A DNA stretch of 64,000 nt from Candidatus Marinacidobacterales bacterium. Its GTDB lineage: Bacteria; Acidobacteriota; Vicinamibacteria; Marinacidobacterales; SMYC01. Under the pieces are notes generated by a model. That model was not told the DNA's origin. It saw only the letters and a program-made list of their open reading frames with translations, and made no database searches. The translations under genes and the position numbers were made by a program. The stretch spans positions 640,001 to 704,000 of the forward strand of contig OZ250169.1 in NCBI GenBank assembly GCA_965237955.1, in the 5' to 3' direction. Positions 33,037 through 43,733 of the stretch are shown here, piece after piece. Within the stretch, counting starts at the first letter, position 1. The number at the start of each line of letters is the position of its first letter.

Positions 33037-33340
33037 TGGCGGCTTTCCGAGCACGGCGAGGCTGGACGAGGTATCGAGCACATCACCATCTTGATCTACC
33101 GCGCGCCAGAGGCATTGGCCTTGGCCTTGGCCTTGGCCTTGTATCTTTATGGAAACCTCGTCCAAGTGCCACGTGTCGCCGAGAGGACCCTGTCGACGCT
33201 TTAGTCGCCGAGCGTATTCCGGCTCGAACTGGGTGCACCCAAATCGGATCGCTTCGTAAGAGAACCGTGATGCCTCGTTGGGTGAGCAGAGCTTCGACGT
33301 CTCGAAAACTCACGCAGAATCGGTGGTAGAGCCAAACGGC
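33037..33340 (-). mobile_element. IS6-family transposase fragment
   Basis: AVWLYHRFCVSFRDVEALLTQRGITV; WHLDEVSIKI...LWRAVDQDGDVLD; frameshifted. Confidence 0.82.
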
Positions 33341-33581
33341 GTCCGGCCGCCGGCCCGCGTCCCGTTCGTTTTGGCGCACCCAGTGGCGTAGCGTCTCCGA
33401 CGTGCAGCCGATCTTCTCAGCCAACGACCAGATCGCGGACCACTGCGAGTCGTGCTGGTGCTCCTGGTCGAACACCAATCGAACGGCCCGCTCCCGGACT
33501 TCCGGTGAATACTTCCTCGGTCTTACCCATGAGCTCCATCCTCCCAAGAAATGGAGTCTCTCAGAAACCCGGGGCGATTCA
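33341..33581 (-). mobile_element. IS3-family left end and orfA fragment
   Basis: IRL TGAATCGCCCCGGGTTTC; RKYSPEVRERAVRLV...IGCTSETLRHWVRQ. Confidence 0.85.
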
Positions 33582-33586
33582 CAGCG

Positions 33587-33880
33587 CCATGACGAAATAA
33601 CGTTGTGAGGTCCGACCGCGCAGTGTAAGATCGCGCCGATGGATTCCTCGCTGGCGCGCTATGACGGAAAGCTCGTTTGCGTCGCCAACCTGCGGGTGGC
33701 GAGCGAGAAGGCGCACGTCCTGCAGAGCTTCAAGATGTGTGAAGCTTGCCGCCGGCTCGGTCTCGACGTCGAGCTCACATATCCCGCTCACATATCCCCG
33801 CCGGCGAAACACCGCTGCGATGGAAGGTGTGGACGCGCTGAGCTACTACGACGTGGAGTGTCCCTTCCGGTGCTTGAAAG
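33587..33880 (+). pseudogene. GT4 N-terminal remnant; diverged inverted copy of ~43430-43698
   Basis: MDSSLARYDGKLV..ANL..SEKAHVLQSFKMCEA present at both loci. Confidence 0.7.
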
Positions 33881-34135
33881 GTTGGGTCGCCGGTAATAGG
33901 TGACTTGGAGACGCGATTGTCGAACGAAGCCGCGGTGCCGGCGCTTGCGTTATCACCGGTGCCCGTCCAACTGAGGTTGGCTCGATCCGGTTGGGGGAAT
34001 GTGCCCAACAAGGTGCACCAGGGGCAACGCGAAAACCCGAAATGCCGAGCGGCAACCAGGGGGGGGTCGGCGCGAGGCGCCGCGCCCGGCGAATATGGCG
34101 ACCGAAAAGATGTTGAGCACCGAGCAGTCGGTGTG

Positions 34136-35215
34136 TCACCGAGGCCGGTCCTTTCCCAGGCTTTCTAGAAGTTCCACAAGTCTCTCGGCAAGGCCCTCGA
34201 TGCCGTGCAAGCGCACGACCCGCTCGCGAAGGTAGAGTCCCATGTGCAGCCGCTCTTCCTCAGGGAGAGTCAGCATCTCCAGCAGGCGAGAGGATAAATC
34301 GTTCGGATCTCCTGGGCGGAAGAGTAGCTGGTCTGAGTACTGGCCGAGCGTTTCGCGGAAGTCCTCGTTCGCGGTGAGCGTAGGCCTCGCGCACGCCTGT
34401 GATTCCAGCGCGACCTTGTCCCCGAAACCCACCCCGGTCAAGTTCACATGCACAGCACACCGTCGATACCATGTCGGAAGCTCTGCTGGCGTCACGGCAT
34501 CGTGAAAATGAACGATATCCTCGACGTCGAGAGCACGCGCCAGTTCTTTCAGAGAACTCCGGTAGTCGACGTCCGAAGGCCTCGCCGGGTTGCCGAGAAT
34601 AATCACTTGGAATTGCCCGCGAAAACGTTGTCTGAGCATCGCGACCGCTTTCAGCAGCGTAACGTGATCCTTCACGGGAGAAAGTCGTCCCGCGCAGAGG
34701 ATCAGGGCAGGAAGCTGTGGCCTGGTCTTGTCGGGCGCGAACCAATCGGTATCGATCCCGTGACCGAGCACGCGGAGCTTGTCCGGGTCGTAGGGATAGC
34801 TGGAAGGGAGGCTGGTCACCATCTGAGCCGAGAGACGATGGGCGAACCTCAACTGCAGTGTGAGACTCGGGTGCGTGTACCAGGTGACGATCGGAACGCC
34901 CTTGGGCCGGAGCAGGGGCGCCGCTAGAACTGTGAAAAGTGGAAACATGTGCGAAAAACAAGCATCAACTGGCTCGTTTCGGAGGACCTCTAACAGGATC
35001 CGGTAGAACTCCACGATGCGGCGAGGCCGGCTATAACCCGCCTCCTTGCCGACGGAGTCACACCGGACGTTCTCAGGAAGCTCGATACGGCCTGCGCGCA
35101 TCGTGATGACGTGAATCCGCTCGACCTTCGTCGCAATCGCCTGAATCCACCGACTGGTGAAACCCAGCACCGGATCGTCGACGTCGGTGGCGAGATTGAA
35201 CCACAAGAGTCGCAC
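34136..35215 (-). CDS. Glycosyltransferase family 4
   Basis: MRLLWFNLATDVDDPVLGF; GHGIDT; GRLSPVK; GDKVALES. Confidence 0.88.
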   Translation of the reverse strand: MRLLWFNLATDVDDPVLGFTSRWIQAIATKVERIHVITMRAGRIELPENVRCDSVGKEAGYSRPRRIVEFYRILLEVLRNEPVDACFSHMFPLFTVLAAPLLRPKGVPIVTWYTHPSLTLQLRFAHRLSAQMVTSLPSSYPYDPDKLRVLGHGIDTDWFAPDKTRPQLPALILCAGRLSPVKDHVTLLKAVAMLRQRFRGQFQVIILGNPARPSDVDYRSSLKELARALDVEDIVHFHDAVTPAELPTWYRRCAVHVNLTGVGFGDKVALESQACARPTLTANEDFRETLGQYSDQLLFRPGDPNDLSSRLLEMLTLPEEERLHMGLYLRERVVRLHGIEGLAERLVELLESLGKDRPR

Positions 35216-35924
35216 AAGTCAGTCAGTTGCAACGCCCGATTGATGCGAGTCGAGAGCCAACGAGAAGGCTTGCCGGGTACCCCTGGACATGGCGTTCGGT
35301 CGAGAAGTAAACCCGCGCGAACTTTCTGGCCTCTCGCCCCATCTCAACGGCGAGGTCTGGGTGGGCAAGTACCCATCTCATTTGGCCCACGAGTCGATAG
35401 ATTCCGATCACCCCCGTTCGTATTTCTATAGGAACATCAAAAGCCGCATATTTTGTATCTTTGCTCATCAAAAGCTCTCTCTATCTGCCTCACGCCATGC
35501 ATCTCGTCCCATAGGAGATTTGCAAGCTCACGGCATTGCTGTTGCGTGGCCAGCTCCTCAAGACACGAAGGAACGACCACGTCGTGAAGGTTGAACGTAG
35601 AGCCGTTAAAGGAGCCGCGTGGAGATTCAAAGAAGCGCTCAATAACTCGAAGGACTTCTCGACACGGAACACCTCGTTCATTGAGCGCCTGAGTCCGACC
35701 ATAGATGCCCTCAAGCTCGCGACGGCGGACGCCTTGGCCCGGCGCCGATCACCGTGACGCCCCCGCGCTCCGCGAGATCATCCTCTACCGGCTCAAGAAG
35801 CAAAGAACGCCCCCGAGCCCCAAGTGCAGCTTCCACTCGACTATGATCCCGTCGAAGGGAATGGGTTGCGGCGTCGCTCATCTTCGGCACGATCTGCGAC
35901 GGTCAAGCCTCCGGGACTCCACGT

Positions 35925-37136
35925 TCACTGTTCTCCGTTGCGAGCGACGATGAGCAGACCATGCGTCAGCGCGCCGGGCTTTCTTCCGAGAGCGTGCAAC
36001 GTTCGGGCGAGCTGATAGGTTGCCGTCCTGGGGAAGTTCAGGTACTGTCCAGCGGGATTGGTAGGCGGTGCAGGAAGGAGCCTCGTTCCCTCGAAACCGG
36101 CGGCTTCGAAGACCGCCTCGACGCCAGGCGCATCATAGTGGACGACGTGCTCGAAAAGATCGAAGAAGCCGGGCACCTTCCCGTTTCGTTCCGATTCGAC
36201 CGGGGGGCTGTCGAACGTGGTGAAGCGCGGCAACAAGCCCGTTCGGCTCATGAGCGATACCCATCTCCACCATTTGAGATAGAACTTTACGTGGGGCACC
36301 TTGGCAAGGACGAGCCCACCGGGTCGCAGCCGTTGGCGGATTTCTCGTAAGTGGGAAACCGGGTCGGGAATGTGCTCGAGGACGTCAAACATCGATACGA
36401 CATGGAAACGCGCGTCGGCGTCGAAACTCGCATCGAAAAAGCCCAGCTCGATGGAAACGATGCCGTTCACCTCCATGGCGAAACGGTAATGGGGCGGCGA
36501 AGGCTCGATGCCCCGAACGGTCCATCCGTGCTCCTTCGCGTAGCGAAGAAAGAATCCGCAGTGAAAGCCGATATCGAGAACGGAGTAAGGAGGCTCGTAA
36601 CCCATTATCTCGAAGTGTTGCTTGGCCACGTCGAGATAGAGACGATAGTTCTCATTCTTATGAAAACCTGCTTGCGCTTCACCCTCGTATTTTCGAAGGA
36701 GGTCCTCGTACGCCGCCTCGCGGGTGGAAACGTTGTGCCGCACCAAGCGGGGTCGGGTGAAGTAGAGCTGGCATTCTGGACAGAGACTCAGTCCGACGAC
36801 TTCACTCTCCGTATATCGGTTGGATTCGTAGTAGAGCGGGTCGGGCACGCCGCGCCCACAGACCGGGCACGGTGGTAACTCGACGCCACTTTGGGCTCTC
36901 GTTCCGACCGCAGCCTTCACGCGAGTCGCGCCTCCTTTCGAGAAGACGGGATTATACTCCAGGTCGCTTCCGGCAGGTTCGGCCTCGTTCCAACCCGTGG
37001 CCGGTTTCCGGCGCCTGACCATTGACCACTTCCACTTCAGGCACTGGAATTCTCCGCGACTGCGGGAACGCCTCTTCGTTGCGCGAGCCACTCGCTCACG
37101 ACCGCAGCGATCCGCTGTGCTGCCTGCCCGTCCCAC
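35925..37136 (-). CDS. Class I SAM-dependent methyltransferase with N-terminal Cys pairs
   Basis: CPVCG..CPEC; VLDIGFHCGFFL; GIEPS; FDVLEHIPDP; LRPGG; true start probably near 37020. Confidence 0.82.
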   Translation of the reverse strand: MGRAGSTADRCGRERVARATKRRSRSRGEFQCLKWKWSMVRRRKPATGWNEAEPAGSDLEYNPVFSKGGATRVKAAVGTRAQSGVELPPCPVCGRGVPDPLYYESNRYTESEVVGLSLCPECQLYFTRPRLVRHNVSTREAAYEDLLRKYEGEAQAGFHKNENYRLYLDVAKQHFEIMGYEPPYSVLDIGFHCGFFLRYAKEHGWTVRGIEPSPPHYRFAMEVNGIVSIELGFFDASFDADARFHVVSMFDVLEHIPDPVSHLREIRQRLRPGGLVLAKVPHVKFYLKWWRWVSLMSRTGLLPRFTTFDSPPVESERNGKVPGFFDLFEHVVHYDAPGVEAVFEAAGFEGTRLLPAPPTNPAGQYLNFPRTATYQLARTLHALGRKPGALTHGLLIVARNGEQ

Positions 37137-38179
37137 AGCTCGGGCCTCCTGCCAATCTTTCCACCGTTCGCGAGAACGGCATTGACCGCAGCTTCGATGC
37201 GATCGGGATCGGAACCGACCACGGTATTCGTTCCTTCACTGACGGTAACCGGTCGCTCGGTGTTCTCGCGGAGCGTCACGCACGGGACGCCGAGCGCCGT
37301 CGTTTCCTCCTGCATCCCGCCCGAATCGGTCAGGACGACGGTGGCGTCTTTCATGAGGCCGAGCATCTCCAGGTAACTCACCGGCGGAAGCAAAGCCAAC
37401 TTCTCAGACGCGTCGATGTCGAGCTCGCGAAGACGCGCTTCGGTACGTGGGTGCACCGGAAACACCAGAGGCAGCCGCGCGCTGATGCGGCCGAGCGCTC
37501 CCATCAGTTCCGTCAACACCGATGGCTCACCAACGTTCGACGGGCGATGCAGCGTGACGACACCATACAACGAGGTATCACGTAGCAAATCATCATGGTC
37601 GTGTCGCGCGAGCGTCTTCGCCGGAGATATCGCGCGCGCTGCGTGACCCAAGAGACTATCGATCATCACGTTGCCCACGAAATGGATACGCTCGTCGGCA
37701 ATCCCCTCTTTCAACAAGTTGTCCCGTGCGTCGTCCTCCGTGGTGAAGAGAAGCTCCGAAATCCGATCGGTGAGGACCCGATTGATCTCCTCCGGCATCG
37801 AGCGGTCGAAGCTGCGGAGGCCCGCTTCAACGTGGAACACGGGAATTCCCTTCTTGACCGCAACCAGCGCACACGCGATCGTCGAGTTCACATCGCCGCC
37901 GACGACGACGGCGGTAGGAGACAAACGCTCGAGTACAGGCTCGAACCGAATCAAGATCTGCCCGGTTTGCACGGCGTGTGAGCTGGAGCCGACTTCAAGA
38001 TCAACGTCTGGCTCCGGGAGGCCGAGCTGCCGAAAAAAAGACGCCTTCATGGACGCGTCGTAGTGCTGTCCCGTGTGGACGAGATGCACTGTGATCGCAG
38101 CGCGACGAAACGCCTCGATCACAGGGGCGATCTTGATGAAATTCGGTCGCGCACCCACGACCGCTACGATTGATTCCAT
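37037..38179 (-). CDS. wecB: UDP-N-acetylglucosamine 2-epimerase (non-hydrolysing)
   Basis: GARPNFIK, HTGQHYD, GDVNST, HVEAGLRS, PEEINR, TDSGGMQEE, TERP. Confidence 0.95.
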   Translation of the reverse strand: MESIVAVVGARPNFIKIAPVIEAFRRAAITVHLVHTGQHYDASMKASFFRQLGLPEPDVDLEVGSSSHAVQTGQILIRFEPVLERLSPTAVVVGGDVNSTIACALVAVKKGIPVFHVEAGLRSFDRSMPEEINRVLTDRISELLFTTEDDARDNLLKEGIADERIHFVGNVMIDSLLGHAARAISPAKTLARHDHDDLLRDTSLYGVVTLHRPSNVGEPSVLTELMGALGRISARLPLVFPVHPRTEARLRELDIDASEKLALLPPVSYLEMLGLMKDATVVLTDSGGMQEETTALGVPCVTLRENTERPVTVSEGTNTVVGSDPDRIEAAVNAVLANGGKIGRRPELWDGQAAQRIAAVVSEWLAQRRGVPAVAENSSA

Positions 38180-38747
38180 CCCGCTAACTATAACATTTTG
38201 GGAAATTTATATACTAGAATCCGACTCGATCTCGGGCCGACGGTTAGTACTCATGGTTGGGAAAGAGAATCATATCAGATCCGGGCCGAAGGTTGGGCAC
38301 TAACTCAAACGAGATCTTGCATGATCTCGGTATAACTCCCGCGTCGCCGGACCAAGTGTGCCTCCCCGTCCGAGACGAGCACTTCGGGTGGCGAGGCGTG
38401 GCTCAAAAATCCCAACGGGCTCGCCGCGCGCGCGTAGGCGCCGGATTAAAAAACTCCGATGAGATCCTCGACTTCGATGTCGGGCAATGAAACGTTGCAT
38501 GCCAGCACGTCGAGCTGGGAAATACCCTCCGAAGACTCCGGGTTTCCCACAGCTCCCACAGGACCCTCCTCCTGGATATATACAGATCCCAGGATACGCG
38601 GCGCGGAATCATAGCTTGCCGCGCCGCGTCCGACATGCGACAACTATCCTGACACAGGGGGTGTCTCTTCCATTTAATCGATCCGAATGGATTTAGAGCC
38701 CGGACCGTCGGTCACCTAAGGGCCGGCGACAAAATAAGTTCCCGTTT

Positions 38748-39659
38748 TCAAGACGGTCGGATGGTGTAGTTCCATTTGGGTAGAGTCTGGTCCTTTGTAA
38801 CGGAAAGCACCTGCATCCGCTCGTCAGTGATTTTGACGCCCTTCGGATAACGACGCCGGATAAGGTGTGCGCGTACTCGCAAACCGGAAGAGGTGGTGGT
38901 CGTGCGGATGTATTTGAGGATGGTTTCGTAGCTGTCGAGAGGCCTGCCCGCCCAGTTCTTGCTGATCTCGCTGAACAGACGGTGCTCCACTGGATTCCAC
39001 TTGGATGTACCGGACGGATAGTGGGCTATGGTGATAGCGATGTCGTGGCGATTGCAAATCCGCGTTTGAAGCCCGTGCTTCCAACCCCGACACCGATAGC
39101 CATTGCTGCCCCCGGCGTCTGCCAATATCGCGAGGTCACGGGCTGCAGGATAGCGTCGCCGTCCTTCCGTTCGCCACCACTTCTCGATGGCATTCACGGC
39201 GAAGTCCGGGGTGTTGTACGAGGTACCAATGAACACTGTCCCGCGGTTCGCGAGCAGATCGTAGACGCCGTAGGGGATTGCGATGCCGTTCGATTCGGAA
39301 CGGAAGTCATGGTCTTTGACGAGAGTCGGCTCGCGGTTCCAGGCCTGCCCGCCGTTTTTGAATAATCCCACCAGCTCCCGTTTCTTCGTGTCTACGCTGA
39401 TGATGGGATGACCAGCTGCGGCAAAACGCTCGCGCAGTTCGGCGATACACGCGAATTGGGTATCGCGATCTTCGGACGTGGCACCGCACAGCTTCTTGTG
39501 GTTCACCCGCAACGAGAAGCCGAGCTGTTTGAGCAGTCGACCGACGGTTTTGCTGCTGACGTTCACACCGAGGCTTCTTAGCTCGCAAGCAATCTTGTCG
39601 GTGGTCCGCCGCGTCCATTTCACTCCCGTCATCGGATCGCCCGCGGTGTCGTGCTTCAT
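38748..39659 (-). CDS. ISAzo13-family transposase, catalytic part
   Basis: TAGDPM, ISVDTKKRELVG, DHDF, PYGVYD, ADAGGSNG, GTSKWNPVEHRLFS, WNYTI. Confidence 0.92.
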   Translation of the reverse strand: MKHDTAGDPMTGVKWTRRTTDKIACELRSLGVNVSSKTVGRLLKQLGFSLRVNHKKLCGATSEDRDTQFACIAELRERFAAAGHPIISVDTKKRELVGLFKNGGQAWNREPTLVKDHDFRSESNGIAIPYGVYDLLANRGTVFIGTSYNTPDFAVNAIEKWWRTEGRRRYPAARDLAILADAGGSNGYRCRGWKHGLQTRICNRHDIAITIAHYPSGTSKWNPVEHRLFSEISKNWAGRPLDSYETILKYIRTTTTSSGLRVRAHLIRRRYPKGVKITDERMQVLSVTKDQTLPKWNYTIRPS

Positions 39660-40444
39660 GAGTTCTTCGATCTTGGCGATGACTTCTGGCGTTTTTTTTG
39701 CACGGCGCGCCGTCCGCCACCCTTTCGCCGAACTCCGTCGAGCTCAACATCTCTCATTAGCAATTCCCTACGACCTCTGGCTACCGTGCTCGGATCCATC
39801 CCGAGCAGTTCGGCAATCTGTTGGTCGCCACCGTGACCGAGCTTCATGGCCTCGACTCCCGCGTAGAGACGGCGCTGCTTTTCATCGAGCAGGCTGTAGA
39901 AAAGAACGATCGCAGCCTTCAACTCCACGGGGAGCACGCGGACTCCCCCGACCCAGCCCAACGTGGAAGGTGACGCCTCATGTACCTGGCGGGCCGAGAG
40001 CTGTTGCTTGCGCGTGCTCACATCGGTGGCCAGATACAGATATCGGCCGAACACCTGCTCGCGCGCCAATCTTTTCTCTCGGACCAGTTTCAACAGAGGA
40101 GCCTTGACGTCAACCTGCACCACGTCCTCGAGCTCGTCGACGTAGTAGCCTGCCTCACAGGCCGCGACCAACGCTTTTACCGTCGCAAGCAACGTCCCGT
40201 ACTTCGAGAACCACACTGAGCGCAACGACCAAAGACCTTTTCGATCGAACTGGGCGATCTCGTCCAACGTGTAGTAGCTACCACGGTGGGAGTAGCTTGT
40301 CCGATACGCCAACTCATTGAGCTTTCGGAAGACGGTCGAGTCCACATCGGTACCCAACACTGCCTTCAAATCATCGAGGGTAGCTATTTTGTGCTTCCTC
40401 AACAGGCGGTCGAGATCTTCAGACTGATAGCTCGTAGGTCTCAT
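39656..40444 (-). CDS. ISAzo13 transposase N-terminal part with extra N-terminal domain; probably joined by frameshift
   Basis: LDEKQRRLYAG...GHGG...TVARGRREL...RRKGGGR followed by an A8 run at ~39692-39699. Confidence 0.75.
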   Translation of the reverse strand: MRPTSYQSEDLDRLLRKHKIATLDDLKAVLGTDVDSTVFRKLNELAYRTSYSHRGSYYTLDEIAQFDRKGLWSLRSVWFSKYGTLLATVKALVAACEAGYYVDELEDVVQVDVKAPLLKLVREKRLAREQVFGRYLYLATDVSTRKQQLSARQVHEASPSTLGWVGGVRVLPVELKAAIVLFYSLLDEKQRRLYAGVEAMKLGHGGDQQIAELLGMDPSTVARGRRELLMRDVELDGVRRKGGGRRAVQKKRQKSSPRSKNS

Positions 40445-40690
40445 AATAGGAGAAGTGCTCCTTGATAGGCGTAATCCTCCCTAAAATGAGGACCGTTTGT
40501 CAAACACGCGCTGGTTGCTGAAGATCTACAAATGTTCCGTTTCTAGGGAGCTTGCCAGGCTCTCGTGATGCCAGACGACATCGCGATCACGACCTGAAAC
40601 AGGAAGAGTGTGCTCAAAACTAGACAGTTATTGTGTCGGCGGCCCTAAGGGTTCGTCATGGGCACTGTGATCAAGTAACCCAACCCTTAT

Positions 40691-41311
40691 TCAACGTCGC
40701 AGACAACATGCACTGTTTTGGGGGGCAAGTGGCGACCTGCGGTGAGACAGCCCATAGGTCTCGTGGCGGCCAAAGGGATGCAGTCTGGCGGATTCAAAGT
40801 GCCGACTGGGGTTAGGCCGCGAGCCGCCTTGTAAAAAGGCGATGATTTTACCTCGGCCGTCTGGCTGAGCAGGGCGAGGCTCCAGACCATCTTTTCGAAG
40901 CGACCGATGAGTCCGGGTTCGGTGGTAATAATCGAAGTACGAGGAGAGGCTCGTACTCCGATGGCGCTCGTTCAAGACGATGACGTGACCCAGGCATTCA
41001 CGCCAGATCGACCCGATAACACGCTCGGCCAACGCATTCTGCCAAGGTGCTCTCGGCGCGGTGAGGACCTCCTATTCCCAAGATCCTGAAGCCGTTCGGA
41101 ACACAGAACCATAGGACCCATCGCGGTCACGGAGCACGGTCTCTGGCTTGACGATAACGACAGCGTCCAGGCAGCGCCGCCATATGCGGTAGAGCAGAAC
41201 CCACAAGGACCGGTCCAAGTAGAGACAATCGCATTGGGGTTCGCTGGTGGCGCCCAAGTCCAACCAAAGGATCCGCGAGAAGAGCGGCTGGGACGTGGTT
41301 GCGTGAGCCAT
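40691..41311 (-). pseudogene. Degenerate rve/DDE element transposase
   Basis: VIVKPETV, RDRDGSYG, AERVIGSIWRECLGHVIVLNERH, YYHRTRTH spread over several frames. Confidence 0.75.
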
Positions 41312-41314
41312 TCG

Positions 41315-41897
41315 TTAGATGCCCGCGTACCACAGGGTCGCCACCAGTAACATCGCCAATAAGTAATGAAGGTTGTCACGAGGCTGCCAGAGTACCCCGT
41401 GGCGGTTCGCAATCACGAGCATGACGGCGCTGCAGGCGGTGGCGACCATCAACGCGATAGCACATCCGACCGCCTGCGCGTGCGGGACGAGCAGCATCGT
41501 GAGCACCGTGAGAATCAACCTGCGGGTCCGTCAGAGAGTGCTCGATGTTCCAAAACCTCGTTGCGGGGAAAATCGAAAACACCAAAAAAGCAAGAGACAC
41601 AACGCCGAACGCGATCGCCACCTGGAACAGCAAACTGGAAAGGAAAATCTCTGCCTGCAAACGGGTGTCGTCCACGGGTGCGAACCGTCGTATCGTTAAC
41701 GTGAAATGGTTGTAAAAAGCACGGGGGAAGGCGCCGACCGCGGTAAAATATTGAACAACGCCGAAGTAGTCGACGCCGAGATAAAGAATCGTCCCGAATG
41801 CAATGACGATTAGCAACCCCTGATTGAAAGCGTCGAGGAGCAACAAGTTGGCCACGAGCTTGAGAACGTCGCGCGAGAACACCATTCTGGACGGCAC
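41315..41897 (-). pseudogene. Hydrophobic remnant, possible polysaccharide flippase
   Basis: Two out-of-frame hydrophobic ORFs (YLGVDYFGVVQYF). Confidence 0.4.
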
Positions 41898-42099
41898 GGT
41901 CTAGAGCCCAGCTTCCCTATCGCACACGAAGCCGCCCTCGACGAGCGCTCATCTCGATGAGCGGGCCTCGCCCGATACTCTCGACAAGACGCTACTCGCC
42001 ATCTCCGCCCCGGTTTCTTCCATTGACGTGTAGGTGCCCGTCGCGATATTCGATCCTCCAATCCGGAAGGGCCTCGAGCACGAGGCGGTTCGTCGCGGC

Positions 42100-42480
42100 G
42101 GCGGCCGTCATTTCTGGATCTTAGGCAACGTAGTCCACGACCTCCGGAACCACATTCGCAGCTTGCGCGTCCAAGGTGAGACCGGGCAGCCCCCGTGAGA
42201 ACATCCGCGGGAGCAATGAGCGTCCGTCGGCCGGAGTAGGTAGGGATCCACTGAAAGAGATTGCCGGCCACGAGAAAACCGCCGTCGCTCTCGCGCCGAA
42301 TCCAGTCCGTGAGGCGAAGGATGTCGCCGGGAACAGGCTCCGTGGCGATGCGAAAATGGTTATCCATCTGCGCCGTCCGCCACGTATAGGGCAACGCGAT
42401 GGGGAAGGAAATGGCAATCGCGACCGCCGTCGCGGCCTGATAGCTATGGCGCGTCCTTCGCACCAGAAAGGCCACGATCT
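42100..42480 (-). pseudogene. Remnant of another GT-C-like membrane protein paralog
   Basis: LPYTWRTAQMDNHFRIATEPVPG..RLTDWIR...WIPTYSGRRTL matches the C-terminal region of 31224-32906. Confidence 0.65.
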
Positions 42481-42699
42481 GCGCGTGATGAGCAGCGGCG
42501 TCTGCACGCACCACGACGCGGCAGTCGAGCCCGAGAGCGGCCACGTGTCGTATCGTCTCGAACGACAGGCGCGTCCAGCCGTTGCCGCCCCCCCAACGTT
42601 CCGGCGACGAAGCCGATGCGCGTCAAGAGCTGTCTCCGCAAGCGATCGCATCCGAGTTCCATCGGGCCTCTTTGTGATCCCACATGGTGGTGAGGACCA

Positions 42700-43648
42700 G
42701 ATCCATGAGCTTCGTGACAGTGTACTTGCTCCGCACCATCGCCACACCCTGCCGGCCAACGACTCGCGGGTCTCGTTATCCGCTTCCAAAAGGCGGTGCA
42801 TGCACCGAGCGACGGCGTCCAAGGAGGGCTCGCAAAGAACCCAATCACTGAGAAAGTCTCCAATGAAATCTCGGCCCGCCGGACTGGTGACGATCAACGG
42901 CGTGCCGCATGCCATGGCCTCTAGGGACGCTTTACCGACGCCCCCCATGGTTGTAAAAAGAAAGGCGCGCGTCAGGTTCAAATAGATCGGGAACTCTTCG
43001 TGGGGAACGCCCCCGGCATAGATTGCCTGGGCATCGACACCGAGTTCGCGCGCCAGCTCCTGGACCCTTTTTTTTATACGCCTTGTCGCTCTCGATATAC
43101 GTGTCTCCGCAGACGAGAGGGCTGTAGGTCTTCACCCATTCCTGCTTGCAGAGCTTCAAGCCTTCACCATGTCCTCGAAGCGCTTGGCGGGTATAAAACG
43201 TCCTAACGGTAATCAGATCATGTTTTTCTCGACGGCCTGCGGGCGGAACTGGTGACCGTCGACTCCTTGGCCCACGAGAAAGAGATTGGGGGAGGTGAAG
43301 GGAGTGATCGACCGGTTCGTATTGAACCATAGGTCCAGTGAACAGCGTCGAACGAGCCACGAACAGCATCTTTTGGATACGTGGGCTGGCGCTGAGTCTC
43401 AGTGAGTCAGGGCAATTCGTTTCGACGAGCCGGAAGGGACACTTCACGTCGTAGTAGCTCAGCGCGTCCACACCTTCCATCGCCGCGGTGTTTCGCCGAC
43501 GGGGACATGTGAGCTCGACGTCGAAACCGAGTCGGCGGAAAGCTTCACACATCTTGAAGCTTTGCAGGACGTGCGCCTTCTCGCTCGGCGCCCCCAGGTT
43601 GGCGATGTAGACGAGCTTTCCGTCATAGCGCGCCAGCGAGGAATCCAT
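42700..43648 (-). pseudogene. GT4 fragments
   Basis: N-terminal SEKAHVLQSFKMCEAF and separate GGVGKASLEAMACGTP pieces. Confidence 0.6.
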
Positions 43649-43733
43649 CGACGCGATCTTACACTGCGCGTTCGGACCTCACAACGTTGTTTCGTCATCA
43701 CCTCAAGACAGAGGATTCATAACATGGGTGATG

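Larger units (their letters stand above)
38720..40645 (-). mobile_element. Complete ISAzo13-family element
   Basis: IRs GGGCCGGCGACAAAATAA / TTATTGTGTCGGCGGCCC flanked by TAA on both sides (3-bp TSD). Confidence 0.85.

Noticed and set aside
33115-33140. TTGGCC tandem repeat giving QGQGQGQG
   Set aside because: Slippage expansion within a dead IS6 fragment; no sign of a functional contingency locus
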